Source: Cenococcum geophilum (lineage: Eukaryota). Taken from it: DNA of 64,000 nucleotides. Position 1 is the first letter of the stretch; every line of letters begins with the position of its first letter. Of this stretch, positions 13,974-26,388 are shown in pieces. The translations under genes and the position numbers were made by a program. The stretch is from positions 13,578,001 to 13,642,000 of the forward strand of contig CP158635.1 in assembly GCA_050273025.1 (NCBI GenBank), in the 5' to 3' direction. A model generated the notes under the pieces. It ran no database searches. It was not told the DNA's origin and saw only the letters and a list, made by a program, of their open reading frames with translations.

Positions 13974-14836
13974 ATAGCTCGTGGTCTCTAGACCGGCGGC
14001 AGTGTCGTTAATCTCCCGGTAACGCCCCAGACAGCGTCTATTACTCCTACGGCAGTTTCCCTAAAATGCTGTCGTCGCTGCGTTTATACTCTCACGCAGG
14101 ATCCTTCCCACGTCTATAAGATGCCTCGCTCCGGCGAAAACAAATCCAAGTGCTCCTATTGTCGCAGCAGGAGAAAGACCTGCGTTCTGGTATTTCCCAT
14201 TCCGTCCTATTCTAGATTTCGCTAATTGTGCTAGATCCCTGCTATCTATATGTATAAGACTTATAGGCTCTAACGCGCCATCCAAGATTTCCGCCGATAT
14301 CCTAATAGTAATAGGTGGGGATAGAAGGTGTCTTCCCTTACTTGCAAACTCTTCAATTCCATAAGGGTTTCCACCGCTGTAGAGACGCAACGTTCTCAGA
14401 CACACAGTGTCTAGGAGCGTATGTGTGAACAGCTCGTCCTCATTAATGATAATATTTATACTCTTATGCGGGCTACTCTGGCCAGGTGAGTTTCTCTAGT
14501 GACTCGCTTAGGAACTATGCTAACTCCTTTAGCTAATATCTCTTTAATCCCTGCTTAGACGCCGATTTGGAACCTAGGGATACTAAGGATAGTGACGACG
14601 GTTAAGATAAACGTTCTCCTCGCTAGTCTCCCGCCTGTGCTGGTCCTTCTAGTACCCGTTATTCTAAGAAGAATGTTAGTAGAAGTGCTAATGCTTCTGG
14701 GGATGGAGGAGCCGATAATACCGTCGATAATAACGTTGAGATGGAAGAGAAGGCTCCTATTACTGCTGCCGATATTTAAGTTGTTACCTAGCTCTTTCCT
14801 TCTTTTTGTAGAATAGCTTTATATAGTGCCTCTTAG
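13974..14836 (+). pseudogene. Three-exon gene antisense to G2 gag-pol, encoding a Cys-rich (Zn-cluster-like) protein of roughly 240-260 aa
   Basis: Exons 13974-14189, 14235-14485, 14533-~14780/14836. Introns GTATTT..GCTAAT..TAG (45 nt) and GTGAGT..GCTAAC..TAG (47 nt) join the frame. Motif CCRRCVYTLTQDPSHVY(C)KMPRSGENKSKCSYCRSRRKTCV. Start ATA is inferred as a RIPed ATG; true stop uncertain. Confidence 0.75.
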
Positions 14837-15279
14837 GTGCCTTTAGGATGCCCTATTATTGGAAATTGACTTTATACTTTAGGGATGCCTTTATTCTAAG
14901 CTTTAGTAACAATCTATATAAACGCAGTGCACTATTATAATCCCTATATATAATAAACGGGTGGTGTTCCTATAGGTGCCTTATAATTCCTTAAAATTTC
15001 TAATTCTTTATAGGCTGTTCTTTTGCTCCTCTTTGTACTATTGACTTTGCTATATATCTTTGGTGCCAGGCCGAATACTCTCCTTTTATTTCTAGGGGAT
15101 CTTTCTAAATCCCTAAGGCCACTTCTTATAGTGCTACTACTCCTTCTTATACAGCGTCTTCTTTAAACAGTATCCCTGGTAGTTCTCCTGTAGGTCCCTA
15201 TAGGCTTCTTCTTATAAGATTCTAGGATCCCTGTTATAATAGTAAAATGTTTCTGTTCTTAATGCCTATACTTACTTCT

Positions 15280-18200
15280 ATAGTTTTAATTTACGGGGTC
15301 TTCCCTATTGCTTTACCTATAGTATATCCGGAACTATTTCTAAGTCTTTACCTTTAGTTCTCAGGAAGGTTTTAATTGCAGTGTCACATCCCGGCTAAAG
15401 GTACTCCTTAGGTTCCCAACTATTATACGCCTAAAAGTATCCTTCCTAACGAACTAAAAATTCGCGCTTCTTTTGGCGCCATCTTTAGTCTAAAATGTCT
15501 TCTACATTCCATTCCAGTTCCCTATCAATTTCGCTAGGTAGGGGCGGTTCCGCACCATCTCTTCTCCGGTATAGCTCTAGTAAGGAAATATAAAATATAG
15601 GATATATTAGATAAGATTTTGGTAATTCTAATTTATAGGCTTGGTTTCCTTTAATTTTCTTAACTATCTTAAAGGGTCCGAGCTACCGGTAATCCAGCTT
15701 CTTCTTAATGTGTTTTATTTGGATATTTTTTATAGATAGTAAGACTTCGTCTCCTATCTTAAATTCTTTTAGCATATGTTTTTCGTTATAGTACCTTTTT
15801 TATACGGCTTGGGCGTCTAGTAAGTGCTTTTCAAGTTCCTCTCTGCGAATTCTCATTTACTTAATTCTTTCAGACGCCGCCGGTGCCTTTCTTTCGGGAA
15901 TAATGTCCTTAACGTTCCAGGGATCATTTGCTTTTACCCCAAACAATGCTTTATAAGGGGTTATTTTTATGCTGCTGTGGATGCTTATATTATATATATG
16001 CTGCGCTAGAGCCAACCACAATATCCAATTATCCTATTAATAATTAACATAGCAGCGGAGGTAGTATTCCAACAACGCATTTAAACGCTCTATTTGCTTA
16101 TCTATTTATAGGTAAAAGGCAGTGCTTATCCTTTACCGTATTTTTAATAAGAGACAAAATAAAGACTAAAATGCACTATTAAATACGGTGCCTTTGTTAG
16201 ACATAATTCCCCTTAGTATACTAAATAAGAGCCACTATTCTAAAAACAGGTCTGCTAGTTCTACTGCTGTGATCGTTATTATAATAGCAAAGTATCCTAA
16301 AAACTTTATATACCTGTTGACGATTACTAAAATAGCGTTAGTAACCTCTTTAGTTCTTGTCTTAGTAGGGGGTAAGCCTATAATAAAATCCATTATTAAT
16401 TCTAATATAGGTCCCTGCAGAATAGGAAGTACTAATAACTTACCGTATAGGCGATACCTGGATATCTATATCCTTTGGCACGTATCACACCTTAATATAT
16501 AGTCCTTAACCTCTTTAGACATTCCGTCTTAAAAGTATTTCCTTTAAACAGCCTTAAGGGTCCTATTGGCACCGTAGTAACCCCTAAGAGGGTTGTTATA
16601 AAAGACCTTTAGAATTTTGTCTTAAATTGCTTAGTCCTTTAGGATATATACAGTACCCTTAAAGCGTAACAGACCCTTTTAGTCTTGCTACTATAGCTTC
16701 TTAGTAACTCCGGCCAAGTTAGTCTTTACTATATCTTTCTACCTCTTTCTAGAGGCAAAGGCGTCCTTTTATTAAGCTTAAAGGAGAAGATCTGGAAAGG
16801 TTTTGTATAGATCGCTTGCTTCCATTTTGCCTACTACTATTACGGACTTAAGGCATAGCACGAGACGTTTTAAACTATTAGTGCCAGCAGATTCTTCTGC
16901 CGTTGTGCAGTATGCTATACTGCGAATAGGTATCTCGCCTATCCCCCTTAGATCCGAGAACTCGTAGCTGATGCGCCGTTAAGTTGAAGGTGCCGCGATA
17001 CCTTTAGCACATCCCGCAGAATTCTCGCTAATTCTAGGGTACGCCAACTTTATAATATCTGCTTGGTCTATAACCTAGTCTATAACTATATTCTACGGCT
17101 CTATAATTGTGTTGCTTCGTAGCTGCATTGCCAGGACCTCTACCCTGTTGTAAAATTCTATAGTTCTAGGGAAAGAGTCTTCTTTCTTCCTGAGTAAATT
17201 TTGCAATGTGGGGATTATTTCCCCTATACTGTCCTAGATTCTCCCTATCTCGTAATCCGGACGTTTTAATAACCTATTAATAAGATTTATCTTTTTTAGG
17301 CGGTATGTAATCTTAAAATCATACTATAATAGTGCCTCTGCCTACCTGGCTTGTTAACCGCTTAATACCTTTATAGTTATAAAGTATTCTAGGTTGTTGT
17401 GGTCTGTAAGGACTTTAATAGGATAATTGCTTCCCATATAATAATGTCGCTAGTGCTTTATTGCTGCGATTATCGCGAGTAGCTCCTAGTTATACGTTAT
17501 ATAACGCTGCTCTATAGGGGTTATTTTCCTTAACTAAAACGCCACAGGATGCCATTTTCCGTCTTTTAATTGAGATATAATTGCCCCTAGGGCAAAGCCG
17601 GATGTATCCGTTTTAAGGTATATATATAGCTCCTAGCAGAAGTATATTAGAATAGGCGCCGACGTAAACAAATCCTTTAACTAGTCTATAGCCTGCTTAG
17701 CAGCTTCCCTAAATATAAAGGGTCCTAACTTCCTGCCATTCTTAGATCCTTTTAGTAGATTAGTAATTAGGAGTATTACTTATAAGTAGTAAACAATGAA
17801 CGTTTGGTAGAAGTTCGCTGTGCCTAAGAAAACCTGTACTTCTCTAAATGTCATAGGGTAGGGCTATTCCCTAATAGCGTCCACCCAACTTTTCTCTATT
17901 GATACTCCGTTGACGCTGATAATAAAGCCTAAAAAATCAATACTAGTAGTATGGAATGTGCACTTTTTTAGGTTTATATAGAGCTTATATTCCCGCAGTC
18001 TTTCTAGTACTATTTATATGTGGTGCGTATGTGCTTTATAGTTATTAGAGTAGACTATAATGTTATTAAGGTAGACTATATATATCGTGTCTAATAGGCC
18101 TGATAATGCCTTATTGATATAGGCCTAAAATGTCGCTGGTGCGTTGGTGAGCCTAAATGGCATCACTAGGTACTTAAAGTGGCCGTACCGTATTCAGAAC

Positions 18201-19170
18201 GCCGTTTTCTACTTATCGCCGGCTTTAATCCGGATTCAATAGTATGCATCTTTTAGATCCAATTTTATAAATATCTTCGCGCCTAATAGCCTGTTGATAA
18301 GCTCCCCTATTAAGAGTAATAGGTAGCAATTCTTTATAGTAATCTTGTTTAGCGCCTAATAGTCGACACAGAGGCGAAGGGTCCCGTCCTTTTTGGGTAT
18401 AAATATAATCGGCGCCCTTGCCGGGCTTATAGAGGGCCAAATCTATTCTCTCTAAAGATTATCTACTATATATTGACGCAGTACCGCTAGCTTATTTTCT
18501 GATAGGTTATACAGCGGTCTAAAAGGAGGTTATTTGTCCCCTGTGTCTATCTTATACTCAACTAATATAAGGTCGGGTAAGGTTTGTGTAGCCTCTTTAC
18601 TAGAAATATCCTTTAAGTCCGCATATTCTTATAGAATCTTTAGTTCCTTAACTATGTATAGCCGGACATCCGAAAATGAATATCCTATGTCCCTGTTCTT
18701 GGTGTTAAGAGTGGTATACATAGCATATACCCACCCTTCTTCTTATATATAGTTTAAGAAAGTCTCTTAATCTTTAACTATAATGTACGGTTAAGACTTC
18801 CGATGTTAATATAAGGCTGAAGGCCAATTAATGTCCGGATTGACTTGGCGAAGCTATGGGTATCCCAAAATAAGGTCGTACCCCTTGATTTCTGCGGCAT
18901 AGAAGCGTATCTCCTGCGTGTTCTATAGACCATCGCGGTCCTAGCTGGCTACGGAAAAAGCTTGTTCCCTGTAGTATGGAATCTAGTAGCCTCCGATGCT
19001 TTAAATAGTGCGCACCTATGAGCCGCTAAGGTCCAAATCTAATTCTTTCACCAGTAATTGAGAAATAAACCCTATACTCGCGCCGCTGTCTATAAGGTAG
19101 TCTCGTGTTACCTATTTGTTATTAACTTAAATAGAGACAGGAATAACTATATAGTAGTTTACTCCCTCCT
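15280..19170 (-). pseudogene. pol: G2 pol (PR-RT-RH-IN-chromodomain, terminal GRPRK AT-hook-like motif)
   Basis: MPFRLTNAPATF, VYLNN (RIP of YLDD, ~18065), WHPVAF, EWNVEDILD..FLVR.EGY..SWEP, GRPRK at ~15290-15305. Confidence 0.9.
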
Positions 19171-19199
19171 TCTTTTACTAGCCTAGTGTAAGGGAGTAA

Positions 19200-20367
19200 A
19201 GATCTACTAGGCTGTCTCTTTTTCTAATTAGGCCGACTTTTACTTCTTCTACTAGCAGAAGCGGCTTATATAGCCCTTCTTGCTATAGTTATAATAGGTA
19301 TATGTCTTCCGGTTCCCCTCCTACAAATTAGGTCTCTGCCTATTATTATTTTAGGGTTAACCAGCGTTACTCTAGGGCTGTGAGGCCTACTCGCGTTATC
19401 CTTCCGTAAAGCGGTTAGGTTAAAATCTGCCCCTGTTGTTAAAGCTAAGTCTAGTCCTACGCTCTTCATCATTGGCGTCTTGTTCCTTTCGCTTACCTAG
19501 ATGGTCTCTTTTAGCACTCTTAATTTGAGTAGCTTTAGAGATAAGCTTTTCTTAAAAGGTAGGAATTTCGCCCTTCTCTTATATGGCCTATTAAATCTTA
19601 GGTTATAACTTAGCGAGTAGCTAGTGAAGTTGTATAGCGTTATCCTATAAATCCGAGTAGGGTATATTGTCTTCTAGTTCTTCCAAGTAGTTTATAAACT
19701 AGACCACAGTCTAACCATCTTGCTGTTTAGCGTTGTGGTATCGCTGGTTATAGTCCATCCCTTAATTAGTAGGGTCTTAGACCTAATCAACCAACTAGGT
19801 CCTAAGTTCGCTAAATTTAAGGGGTATAGTAAGTTTTTTCTTATAACGTGTCTATAAACTCTTAATGGTGCTACGTAGGAAGGTAAAAGCAATTAGTGTC
19901 TAATTATACTTATTAGAGTAACGTTTTGGATCCAGCCGAAACTTAGTTTTGCATTATCGGATAAAATAATTACAGTTCTAAAGACTATTACTATAATACT
20001 TATCAGGTTCCTTTATACGGAATTTAGGTTTTTCTGACGTTATAGCATAGTATAGCGTTACCCCTTTAAGTCCACTTCGTGTCTGGGGTATTTATACTTC
20101 CCCTAATTATCCTTACAATTGTTCTTAGTAGTCTTAATATACTTATCTCAATTATATCTTTAACTCCTTTATTTTTTATAAGGTCTTATATAGCGACCGC
20201 TCTAATAACTCCCTAGCGGTAATCGTTCCTAAAGGTCTTGCAAGGTTAGACGGACCAGCTGTGGCTTCTTCGTAGAAAGAGGGAATGTGCTCCTCTGGGG
20301 AGACTCTTTAAGCCTCTTGCGGTAAGGGCGTTGCTTTATAGGGTACAGGAGTATAGTTTATTATCAT
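19200..20367 (-). pseudogene. gag: G2 gag
   Basis: Position between the 5' LTR and protease; RIP-interrupted frame with a degraded knuckle near 19300-19345; limits approximate. Confidence 0.7.
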
Positions 20368-20412
20368 CGATTAATAGCCGTACGTTCCTAACGGATTATA
20401 AGCGATTAGAAT

Positions 20413-20790
20413 TGTAAGAGGCCAGCCTAACTAGAACGTATAATTATCTAATCGATAGTATCACTAGTAAGTAGAAGGTAAGTCAAAGGTAAATAAAAGG
20501 TAAGTTAAAGGTAGAATAAGTTTTACGTATTAAAGAACAAATGCTTCTAACCACTTCTATTTAGAGACTAATCGCTAGTTCTTCTCTAAAGGAGAACCAG
20601 CTCCCTATATAATCTTTTTAAGACGCTAGTAAAACCCTTTGCCCCTTATCTGTCTAACCGTGTCTTCTAGGACGTAGATAGAACATAGGTGAGACCTCCT
20701 TCTAGAATATAGATGAGACCTCCTTCTGGAACATAGATAAGACCTCCTTTTATCTTATCTGATATATACCTTCTAGGGAATTCCGTTATA
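20413..20790 (-). repeat. G2 5' LTR
   Basis: Direct repeat of 13059-13436, followed by TSD tattt. Confidence 0.95.
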
Positions 20791-20929
20791 TATTTATAGT
20801 TTATTAATTAATTAATATAACTTTATATAAATAAAATATAGTTAAAGAAATTTAAAACTTTTAGTTAAGTAATTCTCTAAATTTTAAGAGACTACTTAGG
20901 TACTATATAAGTGCTATAAACTAAAGGTT

Positions 20930-22430
20930 TGTTAGAATATCCGAGAAAATAAAAGGGGGTATTAAAATTTTCGATAACCACTAACGCTGGGAAAAGAACC
21001 CCAATTTTGCAGATTATATAGGAAAATCCTCTAGGAATCTTAGAAAATCTAAGAAATCCTCCTTAAATAAACTAAGGCAAATTATAACCAAATAAAAAAG
21101 ACAAAAAACCCCTATAATCTCGGTATATTTAAAAATTTAAGTTAGAAATATAGAAATATCCGGCTACTAATTAGAATTAGAATCTTTTAGAAATTTATAA
21201 GGAGCTAGCAAGATTTATTAGTAAATTCTAGGAAAAAGAAGCTATTTTACGTACCTAGTTAAAGACCACCTCTAGATTTAAATTTTAAAACCTTCTTTAA
21301 TGCAGCCACGCACGCACCATTAATATTAAGCATCTTAATAGAAAATCCGAGAAATTAGCTAATTTTACTTATAAAAGAATATGTCGGAAAAAATGAGAAT
21401 TAAATACCCTTTTAACGGAGAAAGTACTAAAAAGAATCTTAAAAAAGGAAAGTAGGCAAGATCTATGTCTCCTAAATGCCTTAGGCATTCTTTTATTTTT
21501 ATTTAAGTCAGAATTACCCTAAAGAAAGTTAGTTTTATTAAAATATACAAGAAATAAACTAGATTTCTTATATCCTAAAGACCCTTCTTTGCATACTATA
21601 GCTCCAGAATTAATTCCTAGGTAAAGTAAGAAATTAAATTACTAATATTAGAATTTTTAATAATATACTTCGTAATTATAGCCATAAGGAAGTTTCTTAA
21701 CCTCCTTAGTGCTATTAATCTTACTATCAGCAGGCATTTTCTAAAAAAATATTAAATTGGTTTTATTTATCGAAAAAATAGTAAAATTATATAGTATTCT
21801 AGATGCGATAGGTATAGCGCCTAAGATCTACGTCTTTATGCCCCTAGAAACCAGCCCTAAAATATTAAAAAAACTAAGAAAAAATAGAATATTTCTTACC
21901 TTAATTTCTCCTTAAGGTCTTTGTCTTGTTCTTTTTAGATAGAATTAGCATATTTTTAAAACTACTAAGAAAAAAATATACCTTTAACGGCTTTCTAGAT
22001 AACTATCTTTTTTAATATACTGCCTTTTTGGCAGTAAGGACGGTAGTAGCACTAGTAGATCTAATACCCAAAATTTAAAATAATTCTCGGAAAAAATAAG
22101 AAAAAATAAAAAGAAAATAGGAAAAACTATAAGTCTATTAAGCAAGAGGCTGTATATAGAATAATTCTTCCTAGCGAGAAAGAAAGCCTAAAATATTGGA
22201 AAATCCGATAATTAAGTTATCGCTATAGTAAAAAACCGAGAAAAAATTTCCTAAAAAAAATTAAAGTTATTAATTTAAAGCCAATATGTTAGAATAATTA
22301 AGAAACTGGTAAGCGATATAATATAAAACCGAGAAAGGAAAAAAGAGATCTCCGTAAATTTAAAAATATAGTTCTAAAGGACTTTTTTTTCTAAAAATAT
22401 ATAAAAATCACATAACCTTAAAACTACTTA
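20930..22430 (-). pseudogene. Decayed multi-intron gene of unknown function
   Basis: Minus-strand fungal-type introns: GTACGT..ACTAAT..CTAG (21254-21205), GTAAGA..TTTAG (21899-21857), GTATAT..GCTAAT (from 21981). Exon-like peptides KEQDKDLKEKLRAGF.GHKDVDLRRYTYRI and MPADSKINSTKEVKKLLMAIITK. Confidence 0.5.
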
Positions 22431-23373
22431 CTTAGGAGGCATTTTTGAAGCTCTGGAAGAGCTAGTGAATTGGAAATCTAGTATATAAGTTAGTATATAA
22501 CGTATATAGCTAATATAGAGCTCTAGCTTACTTAATTTTTGCTTATTAATTAAGCGTTAAGGTATTTGAGATTAAAGAGCTTAATTAAGAGTGAAGTTAT
22601 CTGGGGCGCCAAGACCTCGTATATACTAGGCCGTTTCGGGTCTAGCGCCCCCGACCGTCCGCGCCTAGACGGTTACTATCTAAGAAGAAGTTAACTAAAC
22701 GTCTCCTTAACCCTCTCGCCTATTTAGGTAAAAGGAGTAAATTACACTTCTTTTTTAACTAACTTAAGAATAAGCTAAATAGTAATATTAATCGCTACCT
22801 AACTCCTAATAGTTAGTTACGTTACGCTATAAGCCGCCTAATAGGAGACGCCGCAGAAACTATATACCCGTTTTAGCTAAGTACTATAAAAGAACTAGTT
22901 ACTATACTAGAAGTATCTTATAGCGACCCTAACTAAATTGCTATAGTATAAAGAAAACTAAATAAGATAATATAAGGCTCTAAGAGCTTTCTATTATACT
23001 TTGCGGAATTTTACCGCTATGCTAAAAAGATTAAATAGAACGAACCCGCTTTAATTAATCGCCTAGTGGAGTTTCTAAACCCTAAACTAAAGGCTTCCCT
23101 TATAGAAGTTAAGCTGCTAAATACCCTTACCGCCCGTGCTAATGTTATTAATAGCTTATATAACGATATACTACGCCTTGCCCTAAAATATATATCTTAA
23201 TATTCTGCCCCTTAGCCGCCTAGGACCTGTAAGGACTTAAACGTTATAAATATTAACGCCGGAACCCTCTCTTACGCCCTAAAAAGATCTGCTAAATGTA
23301 AACAACGCATTAAATATAGCCTTTGTTTTAAATACGGAAGCGACACTTATATCTCAAGTTACTGCTTTATCCC

Positions 23374-23578
23374 TGTTATGGAACGCCACCGCAGGAGCCT
23401 TTATAGGAGACTCCCTAGCGGAATCCCGTGCCCTCGCGTACGCTTCGCGTACAGCTTACGTCAGCTACGCGTAGTATATCACCTTCCTACGCCCTCGATC
23501 CTTACGATTGATCGCGTAACGTCTTGTAGACTCCTAGAATACATACGTTTAGCAGCCACTGTTCCGCGCCCCGTAACA
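23374..23578 (+). repeat. C 5' LTR
   Basis: tgtta...taaca; direct repeat of 41582-41786. Confidence 0.95.
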
Positions 23579-26299
23579 TTATATTGCGCCTTTTTTACTA
23601 CTAATACCTAGCCTATAACCAATTCTACGTCTCTATAATACTATAGGCGCTGCTAGAAGCAGCGTATCTATAAGCAACCTTTACACTATAATAGTAAGAC
23701 GAGATTCTTTACTAGCCACTATATTAAGCCTAAAGAGCAACCTAATACCCTAATCTAACCTACGACGCAAATTAACCCTAGGAGAATTTAATTTATTAAC
23801 CCTAGCCTTAACCCCTAAGGGTAAGCCTAGCGGCTTAAAAGAGTTATAACTATAAGTACCCCTAAGCACCTAGCACTACCTTAAAGACAATAAGAGTTAA
23901 CTAGCCTAGCAGGATAGGCATACCCCTATTGGTATAGGTGGCTATAGTAATAACCTTAACGAGATAGACACCAGCGATATCTTATCCTTTATTAATTATA
24001 TAGCTACGGAAAAGTAACTAGAAGGGTAGCTACCTATTAAGATTAAAATATAAGACGCTAAGATGTTTATATAAATGGTAGCAAGAGAACCTAATAAATA
24101 CTACTACCTTTTATAGAACTGCTACTTAAAGCTTACACGAGCTGAACTGCGTGCTGCCTAAGACTATAATATTACTTAAGACTTATAAGCTAGCGAGGCA
24201 CTTACTAATAATATACGCTAAAAGACTAAGATAACCTCCGTATATCTAAGCGCGACGTTTAATAATTAAAGAAAGCTAAGATTATACTTATTGCCTAGGT
24301 TACTAAAAAGGAGGGCATAATTAAATACCTATAGTCTTAGCTTAACAAGCACATCCGTAATAATGCTAAGCACTTTCTTACTACGCACTATACTACCTAA
24401 GTCTTTACGCCTCCGGCAACCTTACCCACCCAATACTTAGCTAAAAGTTAGCGTTAAGCAGCTTTACCTAATAGGGATAACCCCTATAATAGCAACCGAA
24501 CTTAAGCTATAATTATAGGGTCTAATATATAATACCTTAATCCCTTAGTCTTTTAGGGAGACCGTAAGGAATACAGCTACTGGAAGATGTAAATCTGTAA
24601 GAAACTAACCTAGAGCGCTTACCTTTTTCCTAGGGAGGATACTAAGATTGGTTACATTATTAGGCGTATAAAGGGTACCCTATTTAACAGACTTTTCGCC
24701 TAATAGGAGACCAATAGCCCCTAGAAGTGGTAGTCCTACTATAAGGTCCTTAATAATCTTAACCTAATATATCGCGACTACGACCTAGTGGCTACCAGTC
24801 GAGCTAAACTATGCGCCCTAAAGATAAGTCCTACTAAGTTATTTGACGAGTTCTATGTTAAGTTCTAGGAATATACTAGAGTCCTCTTTTAAGACGACGC
24901 TAAAGACCAGGAAGACCTCCTTAAAAAGGTCACCTATTATCTTAGTTACGCTACCGCTAGTTATAATTATAATAACGTTTATAATATAGTGGCAGCCCTA
25001 TAGAAGATTAAACGACGGCTAAATTAGATCTCTACTACTAACCCTTGCCTAAAGGCTCCTATATAAAAGCCCTCTGGGCCAACTACACCTATATATACTA
25101 GGTTACTAACGCCTACTACTAATAATATTACCGGAGCCAATATTAACCTCTCTATACTAACCTTTTTATATAAACTCTTAAACGGAGAGCGTAAGCTACT
25201 TTAGAAGCTAGGGCGCTGCTATAGATACCGTTAAGAAGGCTGTTATTGCGAAAACCCGAACTACCTAATGGTTAGGTTTAGTAATCGCCGCCTAACACCT
25301 AACTTTATACCTTAAACACTAAATACCTCGCTATATACCGTTACCGTATAAGATAAAGAAGCAGCAGCAGCGGAAGTAGTGGGAAATACTTAGTCCTAGC
25401 CCTAAGTTGCGAGCTGGGACACCTTAATAATAGAGGGATCTATATATCGGCCTGCTTAATAGATAACTTAGTAAGAATAGACGGACGGAAATAGATAGTT
25501 TTACTTATAATAGGAACAACTGCTAAAAAAATAATATAAAGACCGTTTTATAATTAACTGCGAAGCTATTAATAAATTTATAGATACCTAATTTATGCGT
25601 AAACATAACCTATTAACCTTACCCCTTACTAAAGCCCGCGCCCTATAACTCGCTAACGGTAGTTATACTATATAAAAGATTACTTATATGGTATAACTTT
25701 ACCTAGATATAAACGGACACTAAGAAGAGCTTTGGGCCTATATTATACCACTTACTAATTACCCTATTATCTTTAGAATAAACTAGCTTAAGTAGTATAA
25801 CCCCATTATTGACTAGAAGAAAAGAAAAGTGACCTTTAACTCTAACTACTATAGAGAGACCTGCTTAGGGCATAGCCTAGCCGCCTCTACCTACTCCCTA
25901 AGATATTAACCTAAAAAACCTCTAATTACACCACCCACGACTAACTATTACCACGTTAGTGCTATAGCCTTTTATCGCATAGCACGAAGGAAAAGCTAGG
26001 TTATTATAGCGGCCTCCTGCTTATAGCTATAGAAACTTAATAAAGAATAGGATTACGTCCTCTATAGTAATAGAATAGATCTAGTAGACCTCTTAAAGGA
26101 CGATACGCCTATAAAACTTAATAAACTCTTAACCTTGGACTTTAAGAAGTTTATAAAGCTTAAAAAGGGACTTACTACATCAGCAAAATGTTTGTGCCTC
26201 CTGACAGTACTGACAGCTCCTGACAGCTCCTATCAGGGCTGTCAGGAGCTCCAGAAGACACTCACACTCGGCATCCTGTCAGGAACCTATCAGGAGGTC

Positions 26300-26388
26300 A
26301 CCCGGACCACCAGGACCACCAGGACCTCCAGGACCTCCAGGACCTCCAGGACCATTAGGACCATTAGGACCATCAGGACCATCAGGAC
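26300..26388. repeat. 9-bp tandem repeat (approx. ccaggacca/ccaggacct), ~9 copies
   Basis: Directly visible. Confidence 0.9.

Larger units (their letters stand above)
13059..20790 (-). mobile_element. Full-length Gypsy chromovirus G2 with an extra ~1.85-kb region between pol and the 3' LTR
   Basis: 378-bp LTRs at 13059-13436 and 20413-20790; TSD tattt on both sides; reverse-strand PPT (cctcccctt at ~13441). gag, PR, RT, RH, IN and chromodomain on the minus strand. Confidence 0.95.
1984..20929 (-). mobile_element. Host Gypsy H (gag-protease region) split into pieces 1984-2095, 5566-6476, 12371-13058 and 20791-20929
   Basis: Minus-strand translation gives gag-like KDLFKI.NTCLNYKSLNIKTIETF..DLFNKLTLDL (12790-12965), a RIPed CCHC knuckle (~12430-12478) and a RIPed protease motif (LANLRVN, inferred from LADSGAN, ~6305-6325). 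The pieces are joined by the TSDs of the inserted elements. Confidence 0.75.

Noticed and set aside
14061..14405. Minus-strand 114-aa ORF as an env-like third gene of G2
   Set aside because: No recognisable motif. The plus strand has splice signals and a Cys motif, so this is most likely its antisense shadow.
14592..14816. Hydrophobic 74-aa ORF as a membrane protein
   Set aside because: It is an off-frame reading of exon 3 of the antisense gene.
20930..22600. Starship captain or other tyrosine recombinase
   Set aside because: I could not find convincing recombinase motifs in the frames I translated; an HMM search is needed to exclude it formally.
23579..23592. Self-priming in Gypsy C and D
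   Set aside because: Their PBS-position words (ttatattgcg, ctatattacg) have no convincing complement just downstream of an LTR TATA.
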